Shown here: piece after piece, positions 1 through 9,454 of the stretch
How positions within the stretch are numbered: position 1 is the stretch's first letter
Layout of the letters: each line of letters begins with the position of its first letter
Assembly (NCBI GenBank): GCA_042584405.1
Contig: JBHOSR010000001.1
Location: 12,363 to 76,362 of the forward strand
From: Bacteroidota bacterium
GTDB taxonomy: Bacteria > Bacteroidota > Bacteroidia > Bacteroidales > UBA12077
Direction of reading: 5' to 3'
Length of the DNA stretch: 64,000 nt
The notes under the pieces: generated by a model
Database searches by the model: none
What the model was told of the DNA's origin: nothing
The model's input: the letters and a program-made list of their open reading frames with translations, nothing else
Program-made: the position numbers and the translations under genes

Positions 1-688
1 GTGGTGCAGCTAAACCTGCTAAAGTAAAACTAACAATTTCGAAACGTTGCCAATGTTTTGCAGAACCTGTCCATCCAAAACTCAAGAATTTATAAATCGT
101 TTTTTTGAATTTTGTTTTCATCTTGTCGCGAATGGTTCCTAAATCAGGAATTAATCCAACATACCAGAAAATTAAGGATACCAAAAAGTAAGTTGTGATT
201 GCAAACACATCCCACAACAATGGTGAGTTAAAATTCACCCACACATCTCTTGTATTTGGGTATGGGAAAATGAAAAATCCAAGTAAAAATCTACCCATGT
301 GAATAAGTGGGAAAAGTCCTGCACAGATAACTGCAAAAATGGTCATTGCTTCGGCAGAACGGTTAATACTTGTACGCCATTTTTGACGAAATAATAACAA
401 AATTGCTGATATAAAAGTTCCAGCATGACCAATACCTACCCACCATACAAAGTTGGTAATACTCCATCCCCAACCAATGGTTTTATTTACTCCCCAGAGC
501 CCAATACCTTTCCATATAGTAAGTACAATTGCAATGATTCCAATTAATGCGGCAGAACCTGCAATCATGATTCCTACAAACCAGAGTATGCCAGGTTTAG
601 CAATTATCGGATTAAAAACATCATCGGTGATATTTTTTAAGCTTTTATTGCCACGAATTAATGGTTCACGAGTTGAAATTTCAGACAC
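1..688 (-). CDS. actC: Alternative complex III membrane subunit ActC (NrfD/PsrC-like), truncated by the window edge
   Basis: Not in the ORF track. GTG start at 688 with an in-frame TAA just upstream (692-694); the frame stays open to position 1. My translation reads VSEISTREPLIRGNKSLKNITDD...GVNKTIGWGWSITNFVWWVGIGHAGTFISAILLLFRQKWR..., a polytopic NrfD-type protein. It starts 21 nt after the actB stop. Confidence 0.8.
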   Translation of the reverse strand, partial: MSEISTREPLIRGNKSLKNITDDVFNPIIAKPGILWFVGIMIAGSAALIGIIAIVLTIWKGIGLWGVNKTIGWGWSITNFVWWVGIGHAGTFISAILLLFRQKWRTSINRSAEAMTIFAVICAGLFPLIHMGRFLLGFFIFPYPNTRDVWVNFNSPLLWDVFAITTYFLVSLIFWYVGLIPDLGTIRDKMKTKFKKTIYKFLSFGWTGSAKHWQRFEIVSFTLAGLAAP

Positions 689-709
689 CTTTTATTATTT
701 TAATGATTA

Positions 710-3613
710 TTATTTCCTTTTATTTCTTACTTTAGTTAGATATCCAACTGATGGTAAAGTATGTAATTCTTCTAACAAATGATATCTGCGTTGTTCTTTA
801 AATAACTTGTAAACTTTGCTGTTTTTATCATTTAAATCTCCGAATACAATTGCATTAGCCGGACAGGTTTGCTGACAAGCAGGTTTAATTTCACCATCTT
901 GCAACGCTCGATTCTCCAATTTAGCATTCAATTTCTTTTCTTGAATTCGCTGTATACAGAAAGAGCATTTTTCAATTACACCTTTTGCACGAACTGTAAC
1001 ATCAGGATTTAAAACCATTCGTGGTAAATCTAATGTCATGCCGTGTGGGTCGTATAAATTACCTTCTAATGCATCCGATTTGTTATAATCTAACCAGTTA
1101 AAACGGCGAACTTTGTAAGGACAATTATTGTTGCAATAACGTGTTCCAATACAACGGTTATAGGCCATTTGGTTTATCCCTTCGGAGCTATGATTTGTTG
1201 CTCCAACAGGACAAACATTTTCGCAAGGTGCGTTATCGCAATGTTGACACATCACAGGCTGACGAACTACTTCAGGATTTTCTGGGTCTCCGGCATAATA
1301 TCTGTCAATTCTCATCCAATGCATTTCGTGAGCACGCGAAACTTCTGTTTTTCCAACAATCGGTACGTTATTTTCGATACTACAAGCCGCAACGCATGTG
1401 TTACATCCCGTACAAGCATTTAAATCAATTGCCATTGCCCAATGATGACCTTCATATTCAAACTCCTTATATAAGGTTTGATGATGCTTCTCAACTTCTT
1501 TATGTCGCTCGTTACCAGACTCAGGGTTCTCTTTGTATTTTTCCAAAGTTGTTTCACGAACAATATCACGACCTTCCATAGAATCATGCGATTGTGTGGT
1601 AGCAAGCTCGTGAGTTTCTACAGTTTTTTCAATTGAGATATTACTTAATGAATAAACTCTATAATCGTTTGTAATTATTAATTGATAAACGTCAGTCCCA
1701 ATATCTTTTCCAGATTTTCCAGCAACTGTTCTACCATAGCCTAATGAAATCGAAATTGTATTTTTAGCTTGTCCAGGTTGAACTAAAATAGGAATTTTTA
1801 GACTGGCATTAATTTTAATAACATCACCTGTTTTTAGATTTTTCTCTTTAGCAAATGATACCGAAACGGCAGCATAATTATCCCAGGTAACTTTAGAAAC
1901 AGGGTCTGGCAATTCTTGTAACCAAGGATTGTTGGCATATTTACCCGTACTAATATTTACACTTTCGTAGATTTGAAGTTCTAAATCTGATTTTACAGTT
2001 TCAGCTAGTTTTATTGAATTTAAATTATGGTTGAATTTCGGTTCAGAAGAATTTACTTCTAATTCAACAACACCATTTTGTAATGATTTAGTCCAGAAAT
2101 CTCCAAAATCAAATACTTGATTTGTTTTTGCATAGACTTCTTCCTTCCAGATGTCTTTTAAGATTTCAATAAATTCCTGATTATTTCCAGCCCATTTTAA
2201 CAAAGACTCTTGTTCTTGTCTGGTATCAAAAATTGAATGAATGCACGGTTGAGCTAAACTATAAATTCCTTCTTTTGGATTTAAATCGTTCCAAGATTCC
2301 AAGTAATTACTTGCTGGGCAAACATATTTAACTAATTCAGAAGTTTCATCAGGAATGGTAGAAAGAGAAATACTTAAATCTAAATTTTTTAACGCAGTTG
2401 TTAGCTTACCAGCTGCCGGATAATCGTAAACAGGATTACAATCGTAAAAGATTACTCCATTATATGAATCCAAATTATTGATGAATTCTGCCATTTCTTT
2501 ATCATCACCTTGCTTAGTTAAAAGTGCCTGATTAAAGGAAATTGTTTTTCCATAATTTCCTAAAAGCTGATTGATACCATTTACAATTAGCTGAGTTTCT
2601 TTATTGTTTGTTCCACAAACAACTAATGATTTACCTTTATTATTTAGAAGTTCATCACCTAACTTAGAAATGTCAGTCTCACATTTGAAAGCAGAGATTT
2701 CTTTTTCACCAACTTTTCTTGCTAAATAATTAAATATATTGGCAATTATATTTTGTTCTTCAGATGGATTAATAATAATTCTTTCATCAGCATTACTTCC
2801 GGTAAGTGACATTCCACTTTCAATTTGAATGTGTCTCGACATTTCTCTTTTATCTTCACTTACTATTCTGTTTTGAACATACTGTTTAGTATATTCAATA
2901 GGTGACAACCATGTACCTAAGAAATCTGCATTAATTCCAACTATTACTTGGGCACTATCGAATTTGTAATTTGGAATTGTTCTTTTTCCAAATGAATCTT
3001 TATTAGCATCTAACAAAGTTGAAACTGAAATGGCATCATATGATACATGCTCTACCATTGGGTATTCCTTAATAAAATCAGCAATTACTTTTTTTGTTGA
3101 TAAACTAATTATACTTGGAGATACTATTGCAATTTTGCCATTTTTTTCTTCAATTGCTCTAATTTGCTCAATAATCTGAGTATCTACTTCGTTCCATTCA
3201 GAATTTACACCATTTATTTTAGGTTTTCTGTAGCGAGTATCATCATATAAACTTAATATGGAAGATTGTGTAATACTATTAGTTGCCCCATTTGAAATTG
3301 ATGACAAATCATTTCCTTCAATCTTTATAGGTCGACCATCAAGAACTTTAACTAAAATGCTATTAAACTTATCACCATCGAAAAAAGATGAAGCATAATA
3401 ATTAGCCATACTTGGAGTGATTTCTTCAGGCTTAATTAAATATGGAATGGCTTTATGTGCTGCATTCTCACATCTTGAGAGAACAAATGTAGAAGCCAAT
3501 CCAAATCCAAACATTTTAAGAAAATCCCTTCTGTTGGTTGGAGTTTTCTTTTCGTGCTTATCGTCTTTATCCTGGATGGAAATCCCATCTAAGCTTTTCC
3601 AATATTTAGTCAT
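710..3613 (-). CDS. actB: Alternative complex III subunit ActB (molybdopterin-oxidoreductase-like domain fused to a 4Fe-4S ferredoxin-type domain)
   Basis: 967 aa. Twin-arginine signal RRDFLKMFGFGLAS. C-terminal Cys clusters CTGCNTCVAACSIENN, CQHCDNAPCENVCPVGA, CIGTRYCNNNCPYKVRRF and CQQTCPANA. Flanked by a multihaem cytochrome c gene and an NrfD-like gene. Confidence 0.9.
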   Translation of the reverse strand: MTKYWKSLDGISIQDKDDKHEKKTPTNRRDFLKMFGFGLASTFVLSRCENAAHKAIPYLIKPEEITPSMANYYASSFFDGDKFNSILVKVLDGRPIKIEGNDLSSISNGATNSITQSSILSLYDDTRYRKPKINGVNSEWNEVDTQIIEQIRAIEEKNGKIAIVSPSIISLSTKKVIADFIKEYPMVEHVSYDAISVSTLLDANKDSFGKRTIPNYKFDSAQVIVGINADFLGTWLSPIEYTKQYVQNRIVSEDKREMSRHIQIESGMSLTGSNADERIIINPSEEQNIIANIFNYLARKVGEKEISAFKCETDISKLGDELLNNKGKSLVVCGTNNKETQLIVNGINQLLGNYGKTISFNQALLTKQGDDKEMAEFINNLDSYNGVIFYDCNPVYDYPAAGKLTTALKNLDLSISLSTIPDETSELVKYVCPASNYLESWNDLNPKEGIYSLAQPCIHSIFDTRQEQESLLKWAGNNQEFIEILKDIWKEEVYAKTNQVFDFGDFWTKSLQNGVVELEVNSSEPKFNHNLNSIKLAETVKSDLELQIYESVNISTGKYANNPWLQELPDPVSKVTWDNYAAVSVSFAKEKNLKTGDVIKINASLKIPILVQPGQAKNTISISLGYGRTVAGKSGKDIGTDVYQLIITNDYRVYSLSNISIEKTVETHELATTQSHDSMEGRDIVRETTLEKYKENPESGNERHKEVEKHHQTLYKEFEYEGHHWAMAIDLNACTGCNTCVAACSIENNVPIVGKTEVSRAHEMHWMRIDRYYAGDPENPEVVRQPVMCQHCDNAPCENVCPVGATNHSSEGINQMAYNRCIGTRYCNNNCPYKVRRFNWLDYNKSDALEGNLYDPHGMTLDLPRMVLNPDVTVRAKGVIEKCSFCIQRIQEKKLNAKLENRALQDGEIKPACQQTCPANAIVFGDLNDKNSKVYKLFKEQRRYHLLEELHTLPSVGYLTKVRNKRK

Positions 3614-3637
3614 ATATGAAACTTATTTACTTCGATA

Positions 3638-4789
3638 TTAATAATGACATTTCATACAGTTTTCGCCACCCAATTCAGCAACTGTAAGTGAATCAATCTG
3701 ATTATTCTTAAACTTTTCGTGATATTCTTCAAATGTTTCACTGTAATAATCATTTCCTAAGAAATCAACCTTTTTTGTTCTATGGCAATCTAAACACCAT
3801 CCCATTGAAAGTTCAGCATACTGTGATGCTAAGTGGTTATCTTTTATTGGTCCATGGCATTCGGCACATTCAAGTTTAGCAACTTCAACATGTTGCGAAT
3901 GATTAAAATAAACATGGTCAGGAAGTTTATGAATACGAAACCATTTAGGTGCAGTTCCGTTTTCAACATTTGTAAGTATTTTTTTAATTTCAAATCTTCC
4001 TGAATTTGTTCCTTCGCGAACTAACTCATGACAGTTTAAACAAACATTTGTAGATGGAATTCCTGCTGATTTAGCAGTTTCTGCTGTATGATGACAATAA
4101 ATACAATCTATTTTATTATCTGTTGCATGAACCTTATGTGAGAATTTGATAGGCTGCAAGGGAGCATAATCTTTCGTTCTTCCTAAGCCAATTGCGCTAT
4201 GTACTGTAATTTTTAAAATAAAGGTGAGGGCAATTAACATTACCAATCCATGTGCAAGTTTGAACTTAATAATTTTAGTAATACTTAAATCAATGAATGC
4301 AGCAAGAAATAATACAACAAGAAAAATAAGAAATGCTAAATTAGTGGCAAGTATTTTAGATTCTTCTAATCCATTTGTTCTATAGGTATCAATATAATGT
4401 CTAATAAGTAAAACTTGCTCTGCATTCAGATGAATATTTTCATGTACTTCCGAAATTCTTTTTGTAACAGGATTAAGTAAAGTATTTGCAAAAGTGACAC
4501 TATCCATTTGCTGTGTCGAAAATGCCAATTCTAGAGCAGATGGATTCCAGTTAAAAGTATCAACCACAGCAGTATTATGACAAGAAGCACAGTTAACTGT
4601 ATTGTCTCCTGTTTTTATTAATCCGAAAAATAGTCTTTCTCCTAATTTTAAATCATCAGAATCATGCGATATATGATCTTCTTGTTCAGCATCTTTTAAA
4701 TTCTCAGCAAAGGAGTAATTTGTAGAAAATATGATTAATAATTTAAAAAGAAAAAGCAGTTTGACGTAATTAAGTAGATCCCTTTTCAT
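3638..4789 (-). CDS. actA: Alternative complex III multihaem cytochrome c subunit ActA (six CXXCH motifs)
   Basis: 383 aa. CXXCH motifs: CASCH, CIYCH, CLNCH, CAECH, CLDCH, CMKCH. N-terminal signal-like segment plus an internal hydrophobic stretch (LAFLIFLVVLFLAAFIDL...LVMLIALTFILKI). Lies 24 nt upstream of actB. Confidence 0.85.
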   Translation of the reverse strand: MKRDLLNYVKLLFLFKLLIIFSTNYSFAENLKDAEQEDHISHDSDDLKLGERLFFGLIKTGDNTVNCASCHNTAVVDTFNWNPSALELAFSTQQMDSVTFANTLLNPVTKRISEVHENIHLNAEQVLLIRHYIDTYRTNGLEESKILATNLAFLIFLVVLFLAAFIDLSITKIIKFKLAHGLVMLIALTFILKITVHSAIGLGRTKDYAPLQPIKFSHKVHATDNKIDCIYCHHTAETAKSAGIPSTNVCLNCHELVREGTNSGRFEIKKILTNVENGTAPKWFRIHKLPDHVYFNHSQHVEVAKLECAECHGPIKDNHLASQYAELSMGWCLDCHRTKKVDFLGNDYYSETFEEYHEKFKNNQIDSLTVAELGGENCMKCHY

Positions 4790-5108
4790 ATTTTAGGTTG
4801 ATTGCAATTTGTTATCAATTTCGTAATAAAAATTTTATTTAGCTAATATTTGATGATTATTAAGGTTTAAACTTATTTAAATTAAATATTTAATAATTAG
4901 CTAATAATATGGTTGAATTTCATGTTTTATCACACAATTTATTGTTGATTAGACAGATAAAAATAATAATTTATTTGAGCAATTCAATACTTGAATGGCT
5001 ATTTTTAGAATATTTTTTTTACTTTTATGTCTTTTGAATATTTTTATTCATAAATTTAGTCAAGTAATTCGTAATATTTAATCTATTAATATATAATTAA
5101 ACAAGATT

Positions 5109-6686
5109 ATGAGTAATTCTAACCTTCCCAATTACTTAGAATACAAAGGAAAATACAAAGGAATTTTTGCGTGGATTTTTTCAACAGATCATAAAAGAAT
5201 TGGATTGCTCTATTTATATTCCATAATGACTTTCTTTATTGTAGGTGCAATTTTAGGCTTATTAATGAAGTTTGAATTGATTGCTCCTGGTAAGACAATT
5301 ATGGAGGCAAAGTCATATAATGCAGTATTTACTTTGCACGGAATAACAATGATTTTTTTAATTGTTGTACCGGGTATTCCTGCAATATTTGGAAACTTCT
5401 TTCTTCCAATATTAATTGGAGCAAAAGATGTTTTTTATCCTAGATTAAATTTAATGTCATGGTGGTTATATGTAATAGGAGCAGCAATAGCAATTTCATC
5501 TCAATTTATGGGAGACGGATCACCTGATACAGGTTGGACTTTCTATGCTCCTTATAGTTTCAAAACACAATCTAATGTATTACCTGCATTAATTGGTGCA
5601 TTTGTATTAGGATTTTCTTCAATACTTACAGGATTGAATTTTATTGTAACTATGCACCGTATGAGGGCACCAGGGATGAAATGGTTGAAAATGCCATTAT
5701 TCCCTTGGACACTTTATGGAACAGCCTGGATTCAGTTGTTAGCTACTCCAGTTGTAGGAATAACACTTTTAATGGTAGTAGCGGAGAGAGTTTTAAATAT
5801 TGGATTTTTTGATCCGGCGCTTGGGGGTGATCCAGTTTTATATCAACATTTATTTTGGATTTATTCGCATCCGGCTGTATATATAATGATATTGCCAGCA
5901 ATGGGTGTTATTTCTGAGGTAATTCCAACTTTTGCTAAAAAGAAGATTTTTGGATATAATGCTGTCGTAATATCAACATTACTTATAGCATTTGTTGGCT
6001 ATTTTGTTTGGGGACACCATATGTTTACAGCTGGTATGAGCGGAACTTCGTTGTTTGCATTTTCATTTTTAACTTTTCTAGTTGCAATTCCGAGTGCAAT
6101 AAAAATATTCAATTGGCTTGCAACATTATATAAGGGATCAATAGTTTTAAAAACACCAATGTATTGGGCAGTATCCTTTTTATTTGTTTTTATGATTGGA
6201 GGATTAACAGGAATGGTTTTAGGAGCACTAGCTACTAATGTTCATTTGCACGATACTGCTTTTGTTGTAGGTCATTTCCATTTTATAGTATTTGGAGGAG
6301 TAGGTTTCGCATTCTTTGCTGGAATACATTATTGGTTTCCTAAAATTTATGGTAAAATGTATGATGAATGGTGGGCTAATGCAGGGTGGATTATTTTCTT
6401 TTTTGGGTTCTTACTTCTTTATTCACCAATGCTTTATTTAGGAATTGCTGGAATGCCAAGAAGGTATTACGATTATGTTCCAGAGTTTCATTTTGCAAAC
6501 ATCCTATCTTCCTTTGGAGCATTTATTATGATTGCGGGAATTACAGTTGTAATTTTTAATTTGTTTAGATCAGCTAAAAAAGGGAAAAAAGCAGAACAGA
6601 ATCCTTGGGGAGGTGAAACACTTGAATGGACTATTTCCAGCCCTCCTATTGTTGAGAATTTTGAAGAAATACCTGAAATAAAATAA
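5109..6686 (+). CDS. ctaD: Cytochrome c oxidase subunit I (haem-copper oxidase catalytic subunit)
   Basis: 525 aa, 12-TM type. Motifs STDHKRIGLLYL, WFFGHP-like HLFWIYSHPAVYIMILP, GHHMFTAGM, VVGHFHFIVFGG. Confidence 0.95.
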   Translation: MSNSNLPNYLEYKGKYKGIFAWIFSTDHKRIGLLYLYSIMTFFIVGAILGLLMKFELIAPGKTIMEAKSYNAVFTLHGITMIFLIVVPGIPAIFGNFFLPILIGAKDVFYPRLNLMSWWLYVIGAAIAISSQFMGDGSPDTGWTFYAPYSFKTQSNVLPALIGAFVLGFSSILTGLNFIVTMHRMRAPGMKWLKMPLFPWTLYGTAWIQLLATPVVGITLLMVVAERVLNIGFFDPALGGDPVLYQHLFWIYSHPAVYIMILPAMGVISEVIPTFAKKKIFGYNAVVISTLLIAFVGYFVWGHHMFTAGMSGTSLFAFSFLTFLVAIPSAIKIFNWLATLYKGSIVLKTPMYWAVSFLFVFMIGGLTGMVLGALATNVHLHDTAFVVGHFHFIVFGGVGFAFFAGIHYWFPKIYGKMYDEWWANAGWIIFFFGFLLLYSPMLYLGIAGMPRRYYDYVPEFHFANILSSFGAFIMIAGITVVIFNLFRSAKKGKKAEQNPWGGETLEWTISSPPIVENFEEIPEIK

Positions 6687-6695
6687 ATTCAAAAT

Positions 6696-7307
6696 ATGAG
6701 CGAACACGAAATACATGATCACTATGATCACGAAGGCTCTAAAATGGGAATGTGGTTATTCATTTTTACTGAGCTATTATTCTTTGGCGGACTATTTCTT
6801 GTTTATGCAGTATATAGATACAAGCACGGACAAGCGTTTAGTTTAGCTGGCGAAGAACTTAGCGTAAAAATTGGAGCAATCAACACGATTATTTTATTAA
6901 TAAGTAGTGCTACAATTGCTATGTCCATATCTTCGGTTCAAATGAAAAAGCCAAAGCTAACAATGGCCCTTTTAGCTACCACGTTAGTTCTTGCGGTAAT
7001 TTTCTTGGTTAACAAGTATTTTGAGTGGGGTGCCAAAATTGGACATGGAATTTATCCAGGATCAGAAGTTTTGCAAGAACGAGGTAATGGTGAAACTTTA
7101 TTTTTTGGCTTGTATTATTTTATGACAGGTCTGCACGCCTTGCATATAATTGTAGGAATTGTATTAATAGCTATTATGATATTTAAAGTAAAAAATGATA
7201 AAATTAATGTAGAGCGATTTGTTCAGTTAGAAAATACTGGATTATATTGGCACTTAGTTGATATTATTTGGATATTCTTGTTTCCTTTATTTTATTTAAT
7301 TGCTTAG
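6696..7307 (+). CDS. ctaE: Cytochrome c oxidase subunit III
   Basis: 203 aa hydrophobic protein. Motifs GLYYFMTGLHALHIIVG and YWHLVDIIWIFLFPLFY are typical of subunit III. Starts 9 nt after subunit I. Confidence 0.88.
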   Translation: MSEHEIHDHYDHEGSKMGMWLFIFTELLFFGGLFLVYAVYRYKHGQAFSLAGEELSVKIGAINTIILLISSATIAMSISSVQMKKPKLTMALLATTLVLAVIFLVNKYFEWGAKIGHGIYPGSEVLQERGNGETLFFGLYYFMTGLHALHIIVGIVLIAIMIFKVKNDKINVERFVQLENTGLYWHLVDIIWIFLFPLFYLIA

Positions 7308-7310
7308 ATT

Positions 7311-7595
7311 ATGGAAAAATCAGGAGAACATAAAATAGTAAGCTTTAAAATGTATTTGGGGATTCTTGTATCGCTAATAGCATTAACAATGTTATCAATT
7401 TATGTAACAAAAATTGATTTAGGAAATGTTAGTATCATCGTTGCATTATCAATAGCTGGTGTTAAATCATTACTTGTATTTTCGGTTTTCATGCATTTGT
7501 TTTTTGATAAAAAAATGTATTCATTAATGGTAATAGGAGTTTTACTGGTATTGACATTGGTTTTAATTATTACATTCTTGGATTACGGTTATTAA
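7311..7595 (+). CDS. Prokaryotic cytochrome c oxidase subunit IV family protein
   Basis: 94 aa with three predicted TM helices. Sits directly between subunit III and subunit II with a 3-nt gap. Confidence 0.7.
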   Translation: MEKSGEHKIVSFKMYLGILVSLIALTMLSIYVTKIDLGNVSIIVALSIAGVKSLLVFSVFMHLFFDKKMYSLMVIGVLLVLTLVLIITFLDYGY

Positions 7596-7613
7596 TAGAT
7601 TTAAATTTTAGCA

Positions 7614-8555
7614 ATGTATTCTAATCTATCAAATTTTTCAGAAGGAGTCGACACTGCATTTGTGGTTATATTCTCGATAATTACTTTTTTTCTAGTAGCT
7701 TTAACTGCTGTTCTAATTTATTTTTTAATTCGATATAGAGAAAAGAAAAATCCAGTTCCAACTCAGATTGAAGGTAATGTTTGGCTGGAGATTATTTGGA
7801 CAGTAATTCCAATAGGATTGGTTATAGGAATGTTTTATTATGGTTGGATGGCTTGGATTCCAATGTTATCAGATGCTCCTGAAGATGCTATTGAGATAAA
7901 AACTACAGCTCAAATGTGGTCGTGGAGATTTGAATACGAGAATGGCAAAAAAATGGATACTTTAATTGTACCATTGGGGAAACCGGTTGAATTATTGGTA
8001 ACATCACCAGATGTACTGCACAGTTTATATATTCCTGCATTTAGAATAAAACAAGATATTGTACCCGGTAGAGTAACAAAAATGTGGTTTGAAGCTACAA
8101 CAGAAGGATCGTATGATTTATTTTGCGCTGAATATTGCGGATTGCAGCATTCATTTATGACAACTGAAGTTAAAGTTTTAAGACAGGAAGCGTACGATGA
8201 GTGGTATATTGATACAAGCGCTGCTGTTAAAATAGCATCAACTCCTGGTGCTTTGGGATTACAAATATTAAGAGATAACGGATGCGTTGCATGTCATTCA
8301 CTGGATGGCTCTAAATTGGTAGGTCCGACTTATAAAGGAATTTTTGGACATGAGGTTGAAGTAGTAACTAAAGGTACAGAGAGAACATTAGTTGTTGATG
8401 CAGAATACATTAAAAAATCAATTTACAGTCCTGATGAAGATTTGGTAAAGGGATTTAGTAAAGGATTAATGAGATCTTACCAAAATGAACTTTCGGAAGA
8501 AGAAGTAGAACAAATAATAGTTTTCTTAGAAACACTTTCAGATAAAGAACATTAA
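7614..8555 (+). CDS. ctaC: Cytochrome c oxidase subunit II with a fused C-terminal cytochrome c domain (caa3-type)
   Basis: 313 aa. Two N-terminal TM helices. CuA site VLHSLYIP...FCAEYCGLQHSFM. C-terminal haem c motif CVACHS. Confidence 0.9.
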   Translation: MYSNLSNFSEGVDTAFVVIFSIITFFLVALTAVLIYFLIRYREKKNPVPTQIEGNVWLEIIWTVIPIGLVIGMFYYGWMAWIPMLSDAPEDAIEIKTTAQMWSWRFEYENGKKMDTLIVPLGKPVELLVTSPDVLHSLYIPAFRIKQDIVPGRVTKMWFEATTEGSYDLFCAEYCGLQHSFMTTEVKVLRQEAYDEWYIDTSAAVKIASTPGALGLQILRDNGCVACHSLDGSKLVGPTYKGIFGHEVEVVTKGTERTLVVDAEYIKKSIYSPDEDLVKGFSKGLMRSYQNELSEEEVEQIIVFLETLSDKEH

Positions 8556-9436
8556 AGAAGAAAATCAATAATCAATAAAGACATAACAACAATCATGAAA
8601 GCATTTATTTCGATAAATGCTTTTTTGTAGTTAAAGCCTTCTCTTTCCTCAAAGATTATTTTGTAAAAGGAAATGTCAATCCAAATATTTACTCCTACTA
8701 AAATTACAGCTATATATGCGGAATGAATTATTCCAAAAAATGGCAGTAATAATGAAGTAAAGGAAGTTGCAATAATCCATGCGAATATGATTCTTTTTAT
8801 TTGAGAATCGGAAAACAATTTATGTAATACTCCAAGTCCTGCTTTTTCGTAGTCTTTGGCATACTTTATATGGAGCAACCAAAAATGCGGTATTTGCCAC
8901 ATATAAATAAAAAAAGAAATAAATATTATAACAGGATTTAATAAGCTCACATTTGCAGCGCTCCAACCAATAAGAAGTGGAGTTACTCCAGTAAGTGAAC
9001 CCGGAACTACAGCGAATGCTGTTTTCTTTTTTAAATAAGTGTAAAAACCGTTATACCATAGAAGATTAAGTAGCCCAAGCAATGCAGGTATTTTTCCGCT
9101 TTTGAAATATAGTATTAAGAATCCTACAGTACATAAAAGTATGGCAAGAATTAGTCCTGTAGATACTGATATTTTGCCAGATGGAATAGGTCGGTTTTTA
9201 GTTCTTGACATTAAAGAATCAGTAATTCTTTCTTGATATTGATTTAATGCTGAAGCACCTCCTGCGAGTAAAAAGACTCCCAAAATCAAATATATTATTT
9301 CTAGTTCTAGACTAAATTTAGCTACAATATTACCAGTAGCAGCTGAAAAGGAAACAGCCAAAGAAACTCCCAAACGCATGAGTTTTGGGAGTGATGTAAA
9401 AATATTTAAAATGTCATGCTGAGCTTGTCGAAGCAT
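8552..9436 (-). CDS. ctaB: Protohaem IX farnesyltransferase (haem O synthase)
   Basis: 294 aa UbiA-family polytopic protein. Motifs NQYQERITDSLMSRTKNRPIPSGKIS and WQIPHFWLL. Its stop overlaps the ctaC stop (shared TTAA at 8552-8555). Confidence 0.88.
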   Translation of the reverse strand: MLRQAQHDILNIFTSLPKLMRLGVSLAVSFSAATGNIVAKFSLELEIIYLILGVFLLAGGASALNQYQERITDSLMSRTKNRPIPSGKISVSTGLILAILLCTVGFLILYFKSGKIPALLGLLNLLWYNGFYTYLKKKTAFAVVPGSLTGVTPLLIGWSAANVSLLNPVIIFISFFIYMWQIPHFWLLHIKYAKDYEKAGLGVLHKLFSDSQIKRIIFAWIIATSFTSLLLPFFGIIHSAYIAVILVGVNIWIDISFYKIIFEEREGFNYKKAFIEINAFMIVVMSLLIIDFLL

Positions 9437-9454
9437 CTTGTTATTATTACACTT

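Noticed and set aside
453-782. Track ORFs antisense to or overlapping well-supported genes. They are 453-782, 1141-1581, 1169-1423, 1420-1605, 3417-3641, 10391-10573, 11169-11360, 12742-12951, 15643-15918, 17162-17563, 18134-18514, 23048-23242, 23746-23982, 24073-24315, 24807-25025, 25498-25785, 27960-28145, 29620-29871, 30534-30734, 30816-31130, 38502-38765, 39412-39594, 42315-42608, 42571-42756, 42892-43176, 45513-45716, 47231-47494, 49854-50039, 53203-53475, 53542-53730, 54676-54882, 57254-57451, 57953-58144, 60724-60921, 61096-61398 and 62045-62257.
   Set aside because: Each lies inside or opposite a gene with strong motif support. Their translations are low-complexity (I/L/F/S/K-rich) with no recognisable motifs, so they are treated as chance frames.
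4909-5037. 42-codon ORF (MVEFHVLSHNLLLIRQIKIIIYLSNSILEWLFLEYFFYFYVF) inside the ACIII/oxidase divergent spacer.
   Set aside because: It lies in an extremely AT-rich regulatory spacer, has no coupling to a neighbouring gene, and its composition is what AT-rich noise would give.
9411-9436. The ctaB ORF begins MLRQAQHD, encoded by GTCATGCTGAGCTTGTCGAAGCAT on the plus strand. I recall this string as a short repeat that yields 'LRQAQHD' or 'MLSLSKH' pseudo-peptides in many Bacteroidota genomes.
   Set aside because: Only one copy is present here, and I cannot verify the repeat family without a search. The conserved CtaB N-terminal region (SLPKLMRLGVSLAVSFSAATG) begins before the next Met, so the annotated start may simply be correct.
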